A stretch of 64,000 nucleotides of DNA from an uncultured Candidatus Saccharibacteria bacterium (GCA_964483475.1 CAZAAH010000003.1:142-64141), one strand, 5' to 3'; shown: positions 1-7,142, numbered from the stretch's first letter. A program made the numbers and translations. The notes: generated by a model not told the origin, from the sequence alone.

Positions 1-247
1 GTTGATTCATATTTTCGAAAAATATGAATTTCATATCCATGATAAATTTTATGGATATGTACTACATGTAAATAATACTTAGCAAAACATCCAAAATCCT
101 TAAACTTCGGATTTTGGTCTTATATTCGATGTGCTTTCTTCATTACCTTACCCGAAACGTCGATATACAATAATTCTCTAAAAACAATAAACAAATCACC
201 CTTTATTCTTTTTCATAAATTCGCTACGGAATGCCAAAAAATTAACC

Positions 248-281
248 AAAAGGACGATTCTTCCTCATAAATCGTCTTTTT
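248..281 (-). terminator. Intrinsic terminator downstream of rpmG
   Basis: AAAAGGACGATT...AATCGTCTTTTT inverted repeat flanked by A/T tracts. Confidence 0.55.
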
Positions 282-311
282 AGAACACGAGTTAAGCACT
301 TTGTATACTGC

Positions 312-473
312 CTATTTACGTCCTTCTTTATGCAAGGTGTGTTTTTTGCAGGAGTTGCAAAACTTCATTATTTCCAGCTTCTTTTCCGCCATCGCCTTGG
401 TTTTTTTGGTAAAATAATTTACGTGCTTACACACGGAACACTGCATTTTTAAAAACGGTTTTTTTGCTGCCAT
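312..473 (-). CDS. rpmG: 50S ribosomal protein L33 (zinc type)
   Basis: Hand-translated, below ORF-track cutoff: MAAKKPFLKMQCSVCKHVNYFTKK...LEIMKFCNSCKKHTLHKEGRK, two CxxC. Confidence 0.95.
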   Translation of the reverse strand: MAAKKPFLKMQCSVCKHVNYFTKKTKAMAEKKLEIMKFCNSCKKHTLHKEGRK

Positions 474-566
474 TCTACGTTAAGAATTTAGCATACAGGA
501 TTTAGTATTTAGGTTTTACGATACGTTCCCTAAATTCTCTATTCTGAATTCTATATCCTAATTAAT

Positions 567-629
567 TGAGCCGATGGAGAGAATTGGCCAGCTAAGCTGG
601 CCTACCCCGCTTAGCGGGGTGAACTCCCG
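567..629 (-). pseudogene. tRNA-Thr 3' remnant with a 35-nt double-hairpin insertion in the T-loop
   Basis: CGGGAGTTC[586-620 insert]AATTCTCTCCATCGGCTCA versus intact CGGGAGTTCGATTCTCCCCACTGGCTCA. Confidence 0.8.
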
Positions 630-636
630 TGCTCTG

Positions 637-708
637 AGCCAGTGGGGAGAATCGAACTCCCGATCTACTCCTTACCATGGAGTTGCTTTACCACTAAGCC
701 ACACTGGC
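637..708 (-). tRNA. tRNA-Thr(GGT), CCA not encoded
   Basis: GCCAGTG/CACTGGC acceptor stem, ACTCC-ATGGTAA-GGAGT anticodon arm, GTTCGATTC T-loop. Confidence 0.95.
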
Positions 709-712
709 ACAA

Positions 713-984
713 TTATAAATTTTTATATTGTAATTTGCTTAATGTTTCTTTTAATTGTATTTTTATTTCTGCATGACCCTTTCCTCCCTTCAAGAATTTT
801 TCTCGACGCTTAGCGTCGAGACGATCTAAATAGCATTCGTAATATATAAGCAATAAAGGCCTCCGAAATCTTGTTGCCCTAACCAACCCTTTATCGTGGT
901 AACAATTCGATTTTTAAGATTAGGGGTGTATCCAGTGTATAACTGTTTATCCTTCTCGCTGAAAAGAATATAAATGTAAAACAT
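713..984 (-). pseudogene. Small GIY-YIG nuclease, single frameshift near position 898
   Basis: MFYIYILFSEKDKQLYTGYTPNLKNRIV, then in the shifted frame HDKGLVRATRFRRPLLLIYYECY...AKRREKFLKGGKG. Confidence 0.85.
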
Positions 985-1069
985 ATCAGGTGTGCCCGCT
1001 TAGCGGGCCACTTCACTCATCTGATCTGTGGCGGGAACGCTCGGCGTTCCCTGGCCCAGCTCAGCTGGG

Positions 1070-1152
1070 TGGGCGCGGCAGGACTTGCACCTGCGAAGGT
1101 CAGGGACCGCTAGATTTACAGTCTAGTGCCTTTGCTGCTCAGCCACACGCCC
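1070..1152 (-). tRNA. tRNA-Tyr(GTA), long variable arm, atypical T-loop
   Basis: GGGCGTG/CGCGCCC acceptor, CTAGA-CTGTAAA-TCTAG anticodon arm, T-arm GCAGG-TGCAAGT-CCTGC. Confidence 0.9.
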
Positions 1153-1220
1153 ATACGTTATTTTTTATCACAAATTCAGCGGCTATTCAACCCAGCTAAG
1201 CTGGGTTAAGGCTAGCTCAG

Positions 1221-1916
1221 CTAGCCAATGACCTTACCATGCGCTTTTTTCCAAGCCTCTATTTTTTTGTGGTCACCCGAAAGCAATACCTTTGGAACTC
1301 GCCAACTTTTGACTTTTGACTTTTGACTTTTAACTTCAAAGATTTCCGGCCTCGTATACTGCGCGTATTCAATGAATCCCCCGCCCTTGGTTATCCTCTC
1401 TTTTAAAAGTTTTTCTTTGCCCAAGACCCCGGGCACCAACCTTGCAATCGTTTCAATGGCTACCATGGCCGGTAATTCGCCCCCCATTAAGTCATAATCC
1501 CCAATTGATAATTCTAAATCTGCAATATTTTTCGCCACCCTTTCGTCAACTCCCTCATAACGGCCGCAGATGAAAATAACCTGGTCTAACTTTGAAAGTT
1601 GATAGGCTATTTTTTGATTAAACTTCCGACCGCGCGGAGTAAATAATACCACCTTGGATTTAGGATTTAGGATTTTGGATTTAGGATTTTTTTTTAAAAA
1701 ATTGACTGCTTTATAAATTGGTTCAATCTTTAATACCATTCCCAACCCCCCGCCAAACGGCCGATCATCAACCGTTTTATGGCTATCGTTGGTCCAGCGG
1801 CGTAAGTTATGGACATTAATGTTAATCAACTTCTTTTTTTGGGCGCGCGCAATCAGACTCTCGTTGATATAAGAGTCAAAAATATTTGGAAAAATGGTTA
1901 CAATATCAAATCGCAT
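1221..1916 (-). CDS. trmD: tRNA (guanine37-N1)-methyltransferase
   Basis: VDDRPFGGG, CGRYEGVDER, SIGDY..GGE, YTRP motifs. Confidence 0.98.
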   Translation of the reverse strand: MRFDIVTIFPNIFDSYINESLIARAQKKKLININVHNLRRWTNDSHKTVDDRPFGGGLGMVLKIEPIYKAVNFLKKNPKSKILNPKSKVVLFTPRGRKFNQKIAYQLSKLDQVIFICGRYEGVDERVAKNIADLELSIGDYDLMGGELPAMVAIETIARLVPGVLGKEKLLKERITKGGGFIEYAQYTRPEIFEVKSQKSKVKSWRVPKVLLSGDHKKIEAWKKAHGKVIG

Positions 1917-1933
1917 GACCTGGATTGTAACAT

Positions 1934-1972
1934 AAAAAGCAAAAAACCGCCAGCGGCGGTTTTTTGCTTTTT
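1934..1972. terminator. Bidirectional intrinsic terminator
   Basis: AAAAAGCAAAAAACCGC-CAGCG-GCGGTTTTTTGCTTTTT. Confidence 0.75.
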
Positions 1973-1976
1973 AAAA

Positions 1977-2291
1977 TTACAAAGAAATATTTTCAATATC
2001 CTCTGACATTTCTTTTTTCTCCGGTCTCGGAGCTCTGCCACCCTCGGGCTCTTCAATTTTCAAGTTTACCCTGGCGTGGTTTTTCAATCCGATAATTCGG
2101 ACCAAGTTTCTTATTGCTTTGGCTGTTGATCCTTCCCTTCCAATGATTTGGCCCATATCAGCTGGGTTTACCGTCAATGAAAGCAAGACTCCCATTTCGT
2201 CAACTTTTCTCTCAACTTTGACGTCTTTTGGGTTGTCAACTAACTCCTTAACAACGTATTCAAGAAACTCTTTGTCATTATCTTTTGCCAT
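1977..2291 (-). CDS. khpA: KH-domain RNA-binding protein KhpA
   Basis: LVDNP, DMGQIIGREG..AKAIR motif; lies in the rpsP-trmD context. Confidence 0.92.
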   Translation of the reverse strand: MAKDNDKEFLEYVVKELVDNPKDVKVERKVDEMGVLLSLTVNPADMGQIIGREGSTAKAIRNLVRIIGLKNHARVNLKIEEPEGGRAPRPEKKEMSEDIENISL

Positions 2292-2412
2292 TGTTCTACT
2301 CAAGAACTTAAGAACATATGAACTGAAGAACTATCTGGTCCTTTCGTTCTTTCGTTTTTTGGTTCTTTCGTTAAACTAATTCTGCAGCTCGACCGTTCTG
2401 CAACTAAATTAT

Positions 2413-2440
2413 AGTATACTTTTTTAAAACATTTTGTCAA
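2413..2440 (-). promoter_or_regulatory. Sigma70-type promoter for khpA
   Basis: TTGACA-16nt-TATACT. Confidence 0.6.
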
Positions 2441-2661
2441 CTGTCAAAAAAAATTGGGGCGGCCAGATTTGCATCCAGCCACGCCCCTTGCCCCAAATCT
2501 GCTCTCGGTTTCCGTTTTTGGCTACCGGGTACCTCTCGCCCGGTACCGAGCGTACAAGACGGTCTCGAGTACCGCCTTTTCCCTCCCTTGAAGGAATTCG
2601 CCCGTTGGGTCCCTACGCAGACCCTAACCGCCAACACCCTCCGACGGAAACGACGTGCCAT
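2437..2661 (-). CDS. Possible Arg-rich small protein (doubtful)
   Basis: Strong RBS AAAGGAGAAAGC-ATG, but the ORF runs through structured sequence and the terminator. Confidence 0.3.
   Translation of the reverse strand: MARRFRRRVLAVRVCVGTQRANSFKGGKRRYSRPSCTLGTGREVPGSQKRKPRADLGQGAWLDANLAAPIFFDS
2446..2487 (-). terminator. Terminator closing the rpsP-khpA island
   Basis: GGGGCGTGGCTGGAT-GCAA-ATCTGGCCGCCCC followed by AA and a T-run. Confidence 0.7.
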
Positions 2662-2712
2662 GCTTTCTCCTTTTTGTTGCGAGAATTGGTGGTCATGGCG
2701 AACCGCCAATCT

Positions 2713-2835
2713 CTAACCTGAAGGCGCGCTCCGCGCGCACCCTTTATCCCTCAGAAACCACTGGACGAACATCAGCGCTACCGCCGCGGCGACGGTCAAT
2801 AGCGCACAAGCAATGGGTCTCCAAAGCCTTTGCAT
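2713..2835 (-). CDS. 40-aa hydrophobic small protein
   Basis: RBS AAAGGAG; MQRLWRPIACALLTVAAAVALMFVQWFLRDKGCARSAPSG; not in ORF track. Confidence 0.5.
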   Translation of the reverse strand: MQRLWRPIACALLTVAAAVALMFVQWFLRDKGCARSAPSG

Positions 2836-2881
2836 CTTACTCCTTTCAATCCTGGCTTGGGTCAAGGAATTCACATCGAAT

Positions 2882-2997
2882 CCCTTCTTTCAAATCATTA
2901 TACTATGAATTTATATTTTTCAATATTGAGTTTCAGTAAAATTCTGTGAATTAATTCTGAAATCGGTAAAATCTCACGTAATGATCTGAAAGAAAGG
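2882..2997 (-). repeat. Conserved leader stem, copy A
   Basis: CCUUUCUUUCAGAUCAUUA...UAAUGAUUUGAAAGAAGGG, 19 bp including two G-U pairs. Confidence 0.8.
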
Positions 2998-3016
2998 CCT
3001 ATGTTCTTTTGACGAA

Positions 3017-3071
3017 TCCTGATTTCGTCCTTTTGGGCCCATCGGTTCCGACACACATCGGAATATCAGAA
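3017..3071 (-). ncRNA. Type III hammerhead-ribozyme-like fold with variant core
   Basis: UUCUGAUA-UUCCGA(UGUGUG)UCGGAA-CCGAUGG-GCCC(AAAA)GGAC-GAAA-UCAGGA. Confidence 0.6.
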
Positions 3072-3104
3072 GGTGTTTAGGCAAGAACACCGAACCAGAA
3101 AACG

Positions 3105-3365
3105 CTAACGGTTGAAGAGAACACAAAATGCAATCTGGGGAAGATCCCACTCTTCCACCATTGCCCGGACCTTGACGACATCTGGTGCCTTGAGAAAACT
3201 CAAGGCAATTTCGGCTCCCAACTCGCTGGGGACGCGCTCCGCCCCTTCCTCGAGCATGAAGTTCCTCGCGAGAAAGGGATCATCAGAATACTTGTGGAGC
3301 ACTCGACCCAGGTCCAGCAAATACTCCGCCGGAGAAACGCTTTCTACTGTAAAAAGTAAAAGCAT
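3105..3365 (-). CDS. Hypothetical protein (island)
   Basis: ATG after GGGGGG RBS-like run; no motif recognised. Confidence 0.6.
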   Translation of the reverse strand: MLLLFTVESVSPAEYLLDLGRVLHKYSDDPFLARNFMLEEGAERVPSELGAEIALSFLKAPDVVKVRAMVEEWDLPQIAFCVLFNR

Positions 3366-3390
3366 GGTCCCCCCAGTAAAAAAAGTGCTA

Positions 3391-3440
3391 CCCCTAACTT
3401 CAGCCCACAACCTACAAGGTTATGAACTAGAGAAAAGGGA
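3391..3440 (-). repeat. Conserved leader stem, degenerate copy E
   Basis: CCCUUUUCUCUAGUUCA...UGGGCUGAAGUUAGGGG; upstream module shared with copy C. Confidence 0.5.
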
Positions 3441-3535
3441 GGAACTTGAGCGTTGCTCAGGGTATCCTCCGTGTACTCTTTGAGAGAAATTTGAAATAGG
3501 TATTCTCCCTTAACCTATTAATCTCAAAAAAGAGG

Positions 3536-3808
3536 TTATTGACTTTGTTGCCTCTTCTTGATCTCTTCTAACCTTTGTCTTATTTTGATCTCTTCCAAGC
3601 CATTCAGACAATCCTCCTCGATGGTTTTCAGTAATTTTTCTCTTCTTTTATCCATATCGTCCCTACCAACCAATAGTAGCATTTCGAGAAAATTATATTT
3701 TTCGTTGTAACCCCGGTAATAACCAAGGTTCAGGCCGACGATGAATGCCACTAATGCAACCACTACCAGCAACAATCCAGTGTAGAAAGTGCTCACGGAA
3801 ATCTCCAT
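3536..3808 (-). CDS. Hypothetical single-TM protein with charged helical tail (island)
   Basis: N-terminal hydrophobic helix, then charged C-terminus. Confidence 0.75.
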   Translation of the reverse strand: MEISVSTFYTGLLLVVVALVAFIVGLNLGYYRGYNEKYNFLEMLLLVGRDDMDKRREKLLKTIEEDCLNGLEEIKIRQRLEEIKKRQQSQ

Positions 3809-3861
3809 TTGAGATCGAAAGTTCTGCGCCCAACCTGGCGGAAGCCAGATTTAAGACGCAT

Positions 3862-3910
3862 ACCCTTCTTTCAAACCATGAATTTAATTCATGAACTGAA
3901 AGTAAGGGGT
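3862..3910 (-). repeat. Conserved leader stem, copy B
   Basis: CCCUUACUUUCAGUUCAUGAAU-UAA-AUUCAUGGUUUGAAAGAAGGG. Confidence 0.8.
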
Positions 3911-3980
3911 GAAAGATTTCACATCCTGTGAAATCTTTCACCCATGTTTTGCTGCGTCATCGTGACGCAACCTCATTTTA

Positions 3981-4541
3981 TTACGGTAGCTCTGTGAGCC
4001 GAAGCTCTTTCTTGAGCTCCTCAGCAGTAGTATCATACCACTGCTGATTCCGCATAACCGCCCAACTGGTACCGTCCGTGGCACATTCAGTCGGTACGGT
4101 CGCGCAGCCGTATCCTAGTGCCTCATCCCGACTGCACGGAAAGTACAATTTGAACTTCCTTTCCCCATACGACTTTTGGGTCGCCTGGGAATAGGTGGGT
4201 ACCGGACGCCCATACCACCTAATCTCATGGTGGTACTCCACTCGCAGAGCCGTCCGTGGCCGGTTTAGATACTCGGCCAACGACCCACCGAACTTAATCG
4301 GCGGCTGGACTTCCAGAATCAGACGCTGAAGTTTTCTCAACGCCGTCCGGAGACCCTTCGGCCCCCGACAGGTCATGGACCCGCACATTGTGGGAAGACG
4401 GAGCGAAAAAACTTTTTTTCCATTCTCCTCCCCCACGAGGATCTCCGCTGGACGTTGCCAGCCCAGATCCGGCCGCTCCAACTGGGCGACCAGCCGTGCC
4501 TCGATCCGGTTACCACTTTCCGTCGTAAAAAAAGTACTCAT
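3981..4541 (-). CDS. Hypothetical protein, 186 aa (island)
   Basis: RBS AAAGGAGAAACC-ATG; long ORF; no family recognised. Confidence 0.75.
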   Translation of the reverse strand: MSTFFTTESGNRIEARLVAQLERPDLGWQRPAEILVGEENGKKVFSLRLPTMCGSMTCRGPKGLRTALRKLQRLILEVQPPIKFGGSLAEYLNRPRTALRVEYHHEIRWYGRPVPTYSQATQKSYGERKFKLYFPCSRDEALGYGCATVPTECATDGTSWAVMRNQQWYDTTAEELKKELRLTELP

Positions 4542-4650
4542 GGTTTCTCCTTTGCGAGAATGCGATCTACACCCTTATGTGCCATGACGCACATAAGCGG
4601 TTTTGGAAATGTTCAACCTCGTGCACAAGTAGATATTACGCTTGAGGCTT

Positions 4651-4742
4651 CCCTTCTTTCAAACCACCATCGTTCAGTTTTAACCTATCCCTTATTCGAG
4701 CGAATTAGAGATGTGTTTTCCTTGATGATTTGAAAGAAAGGG
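4651..4742 (-). repeat. Conserved leader stem, copy C
   Basis: CCUUUCUUUCAAAUCAUCA...UGGUGGUUUGAAAGAAGGG, G-U pairs valid only on the minus strand. Confidence 0.8.
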
Positions 4743-4907
4743 AGGAATTGGAACATCGCTGTTCCGGTCTCCTCCGTGACTCTTCGGCTCGCTCAGGGCG
4801 AGCCCTTGACTTGCCGTTCCTGGCAAGCCCTACGAAATCCCGTCCTTTGGTAAGGCAGTCCGGGCATCTGCCCACACCTGTACTGACTGGCCCAGGGCGA
4901 GGCTTTT

Positions 4908-5192
4908 TCAACCGACCACAAACCCTCCTTCGCGAGGGGGGTTCGCGTGTGGCGCCGCCACACGATAAGCGCCTCCGCCCCGCCTTCCGAACGACCCAGA
5001 GTAAATCTCTGGGATAATACCTGCATCGACGAGTGCCTCGTCTGCTGTTTCGAATGTTTTTTCACCTTTGAAGCGAAACCGGAACGGACCGGGCTCTGAT
5101 GGGAAATGCCTCTTCCCGTCAGAATCGAGCCACTGATAACCGGCATGCTTCCCAGCGAGAAAAACGACGGACCCCGTCAGCAATGTAAACAT
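4908..5192 (-). CDS. Hypothetical protein (island)
   Basis: RBS AAAGGGG-AATAAG-ATG; MFTLLTGSVVFLAGK... Confidence 0.6.
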   Translation of the reverse strand: MFTLLTGSVVFLAGKHAGYQWLDSDGKRHFPSEPGPFRFRFKGEKTFETADEALVDAGIIPEIYSGSFGRRGGGAYRVAAPHANPPREGGFVVG

Positions 5193-5261
5193 CTTATTCC
5201 CCTTTCGAGAGAATAGTGAAGTCTCTGCGCCCAACCTGGCGAAAGCCAGATTTAAGACGCA

Positions 5262-5340
5262 TACCCTTCTTTCAGCTAGCCAACCGTGGCAAGTAGCCAG
5301 GCTCCCAGATAGGACTTACTGACGAGCTGAAAGAAAGGTA
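5262..5340 (-). repeat. Conserved leader stem, copy D
   Basis: UACCUUUCUUUCAGCU...AGCUGAAAGAAGGGUA. Confidence 0.8.
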
Positions 5341-5409
5341 GGAAACCAAGATTCAATCATCCTTTTGGTCGTGTTTCCTTAGGTTTTTCAATGTTCATTT
5401 TACGCCTTA

Positions 5410-5438
5410 ATTATAGCACTATCAAGCAAGTGTGTCAA
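5410..5438 (-). promoter_or_regulatory. Perfect consensus sigma70 promoter driving the island
   Basis: TTGACA-17nt-TATAAT with extended -10 TG. Confidence 0.85.
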
Positions 5439-5456
5439 GTGTTTAGGTAATCAATC

Positions 5457-5482
5457 AAAAAACGCCGATAATCGGCGTTTTT
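5457..5482. terminator. Terminator after rpsP
   Basis: AAAAAACGCCGAT-A-ATCGGCGTTTTT. Confidence 0.75.
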
Positions 5483-5495
5483 TGGTACATTGTTT

Positions 5496-5927
5496 CTATT
5501 TTTTGGGTTCCTCTTTTGGCTCTTCTTTGGGCTCTTCGTTTTTTGGAGTTTCTGGCGAAGGCGCTGGAGTTTCCGTTACAGTTTCGGACTTAGTTTCAGG
5601 AACTGGTGGGGCCGAGGTAGGAACCGGAGCGGCCGCAGCCGCGGCTGCGGCCGCTTTTTTACTCTTTTTTGCAACCGGGATTTTCTTGCCCTCAATAATT
5701 TTTTCTGAAATCAACAAATTGTGAACTGTGGCTGACGGTTGGGCTCCTTTAGACATCCAATGCAAAATCCTTTCCTTTTTTAAAGATTTCCTCTTGGTGA
5801 GTGGATCAAGGTATCCCAAAATTTCAACCGCCCTTCCCCCTTTGGAAGACCTCCGCTTATCAATGACCACCACCCTAAAAAATGGCTGGTTCTTTTTCCC
5901 TTGTCTTGTTAAACGAATCGTTAGCAT
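5496..5927 (-). CDS. rpsP: 30S ribosomal protein S16 with long Ala/Pro/Glu/Lys tail
   Basis: IRLTRQGKKNQPFFRVVV, GAQPSATV. Confidence 0.97.
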   Translation of the reverse strand: MLTIRLTRQGKKNQPFFRVVVIDKRRSSKGGRAVEILGYLDPLTKRKSLKKERILHWMSKGAQPSATVHNLLISEKIIEGKKIPVAKKSKKAAAAAAAAAPVPTSAPPVPETKSETVTETPAPSPETPKNEEPKEEPKEEPKK

Positions 5928-5946
5928 AGTTTAAAAATTATTCTAA

Positions 5947-6639
5947 TTAATTCCATGATTTCTTAATAAGACCTTCTTTGGCTGCTTCCTCCTCTGCCTC
6001 CTGTTTTGAATAGCCTTCGCCCTCGGCCACCAAGTCCTGCCCTAAAAATACTCCCACTTTGAACTTCTTTTGATGGTCAGGCCCCCACTCTTCAACAACC
6101 TTGTACATGGGAGTCACCCCCACCTTTTCCTGGGCCTGCTCTTGAAAGTAAGACTTTGCGTCTTTGTATAATTTGTTTTCTATGATGTCGGGCAGTTTTT
6201 TCAACAGGTATTTGGCGATGAGGGCGTCAACGGTTTCATACCCTTGGTCGAGGTACAGTGCCCCGATGAAAGCTTCAAAGGTGTTGGCCAAAATGTACTG
6301 GCGCGCCTTGCCCAACTCTTTCATTTCGCCCCGTGATAGGAGCAAAAAATCATTAAAGCCCATTTCCTCGGCCATGGAGGTAAGCATTTTGGCATTGACC
6401 AGGGCTGCCCTCCAGTTGGTCAGCTCTCCCTCGGCTTTGTCTGGATATGTTTTGTAAAGGTATTCGGTGATGGACAATTCCAAAACTGCATCTCCCAAAA
6501 ATTCCAATCGTTCATTATGCTCCATGCCGGATTTTGGGTTTTCATTGAGGTATGATCGATGGACAAATGCCTGAGTTAAAAGCTCTTTACTTTTAAATTT
6601 CAATCCCAACTTTTTTTCTAATAAGGAAAAATCCTTCAT
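5947..6639 (-). CDS. rnc: Ribonuclease III
   Basis: HNERLEFLGDAVL signature plus dsRBD. Confidence 0.98.
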   Translation of the reverse strand: MKDFSLLEKKLGLKFKSKELLTQAFVHRSYLNENPKSGMEHNERLEFLGDAVLELSITEYLYKTYPDKAEGELTNWRAALVNAKMLTSMAEEMGFNDFLLLSRGEMKELGKARQYILANTFEAFIGALYLDQGYETVDALIAKYLLKKLPDIIENKLYKDAKSYFQEQAQEKVGVTPMYKVVEEWGPDHQKKFKVGVFLGQDLVAEGEGYSKQEAEEEAAKEGLIKKSWN

Positions 6640-6704
6640 TCTGTTACGAAAGAACAGAAAAACTTAAGAACGAAAGAACCATGTCATGGTAGTTCTTTAG
6701 TCCT

Positions 6705-7142
6705 TTAGTTCTTTGGTTCTTCAGTTTTTGGTTCTAATTGCTTATACACTGTCCCCAAAACGCCATTTACAAATTTACCAGAACTCTGGCCAGAAAATGA
6801 CTTTGCCAGTTCAATGGCCTCGTTGATGGCAACCTTTGGCGGAACTTCTTCTTTATTGCTGTACAAAAGTTCAAAAAGCCCTATTCGTAAAACATTTCTG
6901 TCAACCAGCGGGATTTGGGCAAGCGGCCACTCGGGAGCTGCCTTTTCAATAATGTTGTCAATTTCTTTTTGGTGTTTTGCCACCCCGTCAGCCAGCTCTT
7001 TTACAAATGTTAAATCTTCCAAGCCAGGGCCGAAATCCTTGATATTCCTATCAATAATTTGGTCTAAATTTTTTTGACCATAAAAATCCCATTCATACAA
7101 ACTTTGCATTACTATAGATCGTGATAGGTGCCGACTAGCCAT
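6705..7142 (-). CDS. nusB: Transcription antitermination factor NusB
   Basis: [18 protein letters not shown]. Confidence 0.97.
   Translation of the reverse strand: MASRHLSRSIVMQSLYEWDFYGQKNLDQIIDRNIKDFGPGLEDLTFVKELADGVAKHQKEIDNIIEKAAPEWPLAQIPLVDRNVLRIGLFELLYSNKEEVPPKVAINEAIELAKSFSGQSSGKFVNGVLGTVYKQLEPKTEEPKN

Larger units (their letters stand above)
586..1226. repeat. Cluster of eight GC-NNN-GC-centred palindromes (REP-like)
   Basis: Perfect 6-9 bp arms with 3-nt loops at 586-602, 604-620, 801-821, 994-1008, 1033-1051, 1055-1069, 1189-1207, 1210-1226. Confidence 0.8.

Noticed and set aside
574-1199. ORF-track entries 574-813 and 990-1199
   Set aside because: They are antisense to tRNAs and the GIY-YIG pseudogene.
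2882-5340. CRISPR array or classical integron
   Set aside because: Units are hundreds of nt apart and contain ORFs; there is no cas or intI gene and no clear RYYYAAC/GTTRRRY ends.
5319-5350. Plus-strand CTGACGA...GAAA as a second hammerhead
   Set aside because: No stem II closing pair and no stems I/III; it lies on the non-transcribed strand.
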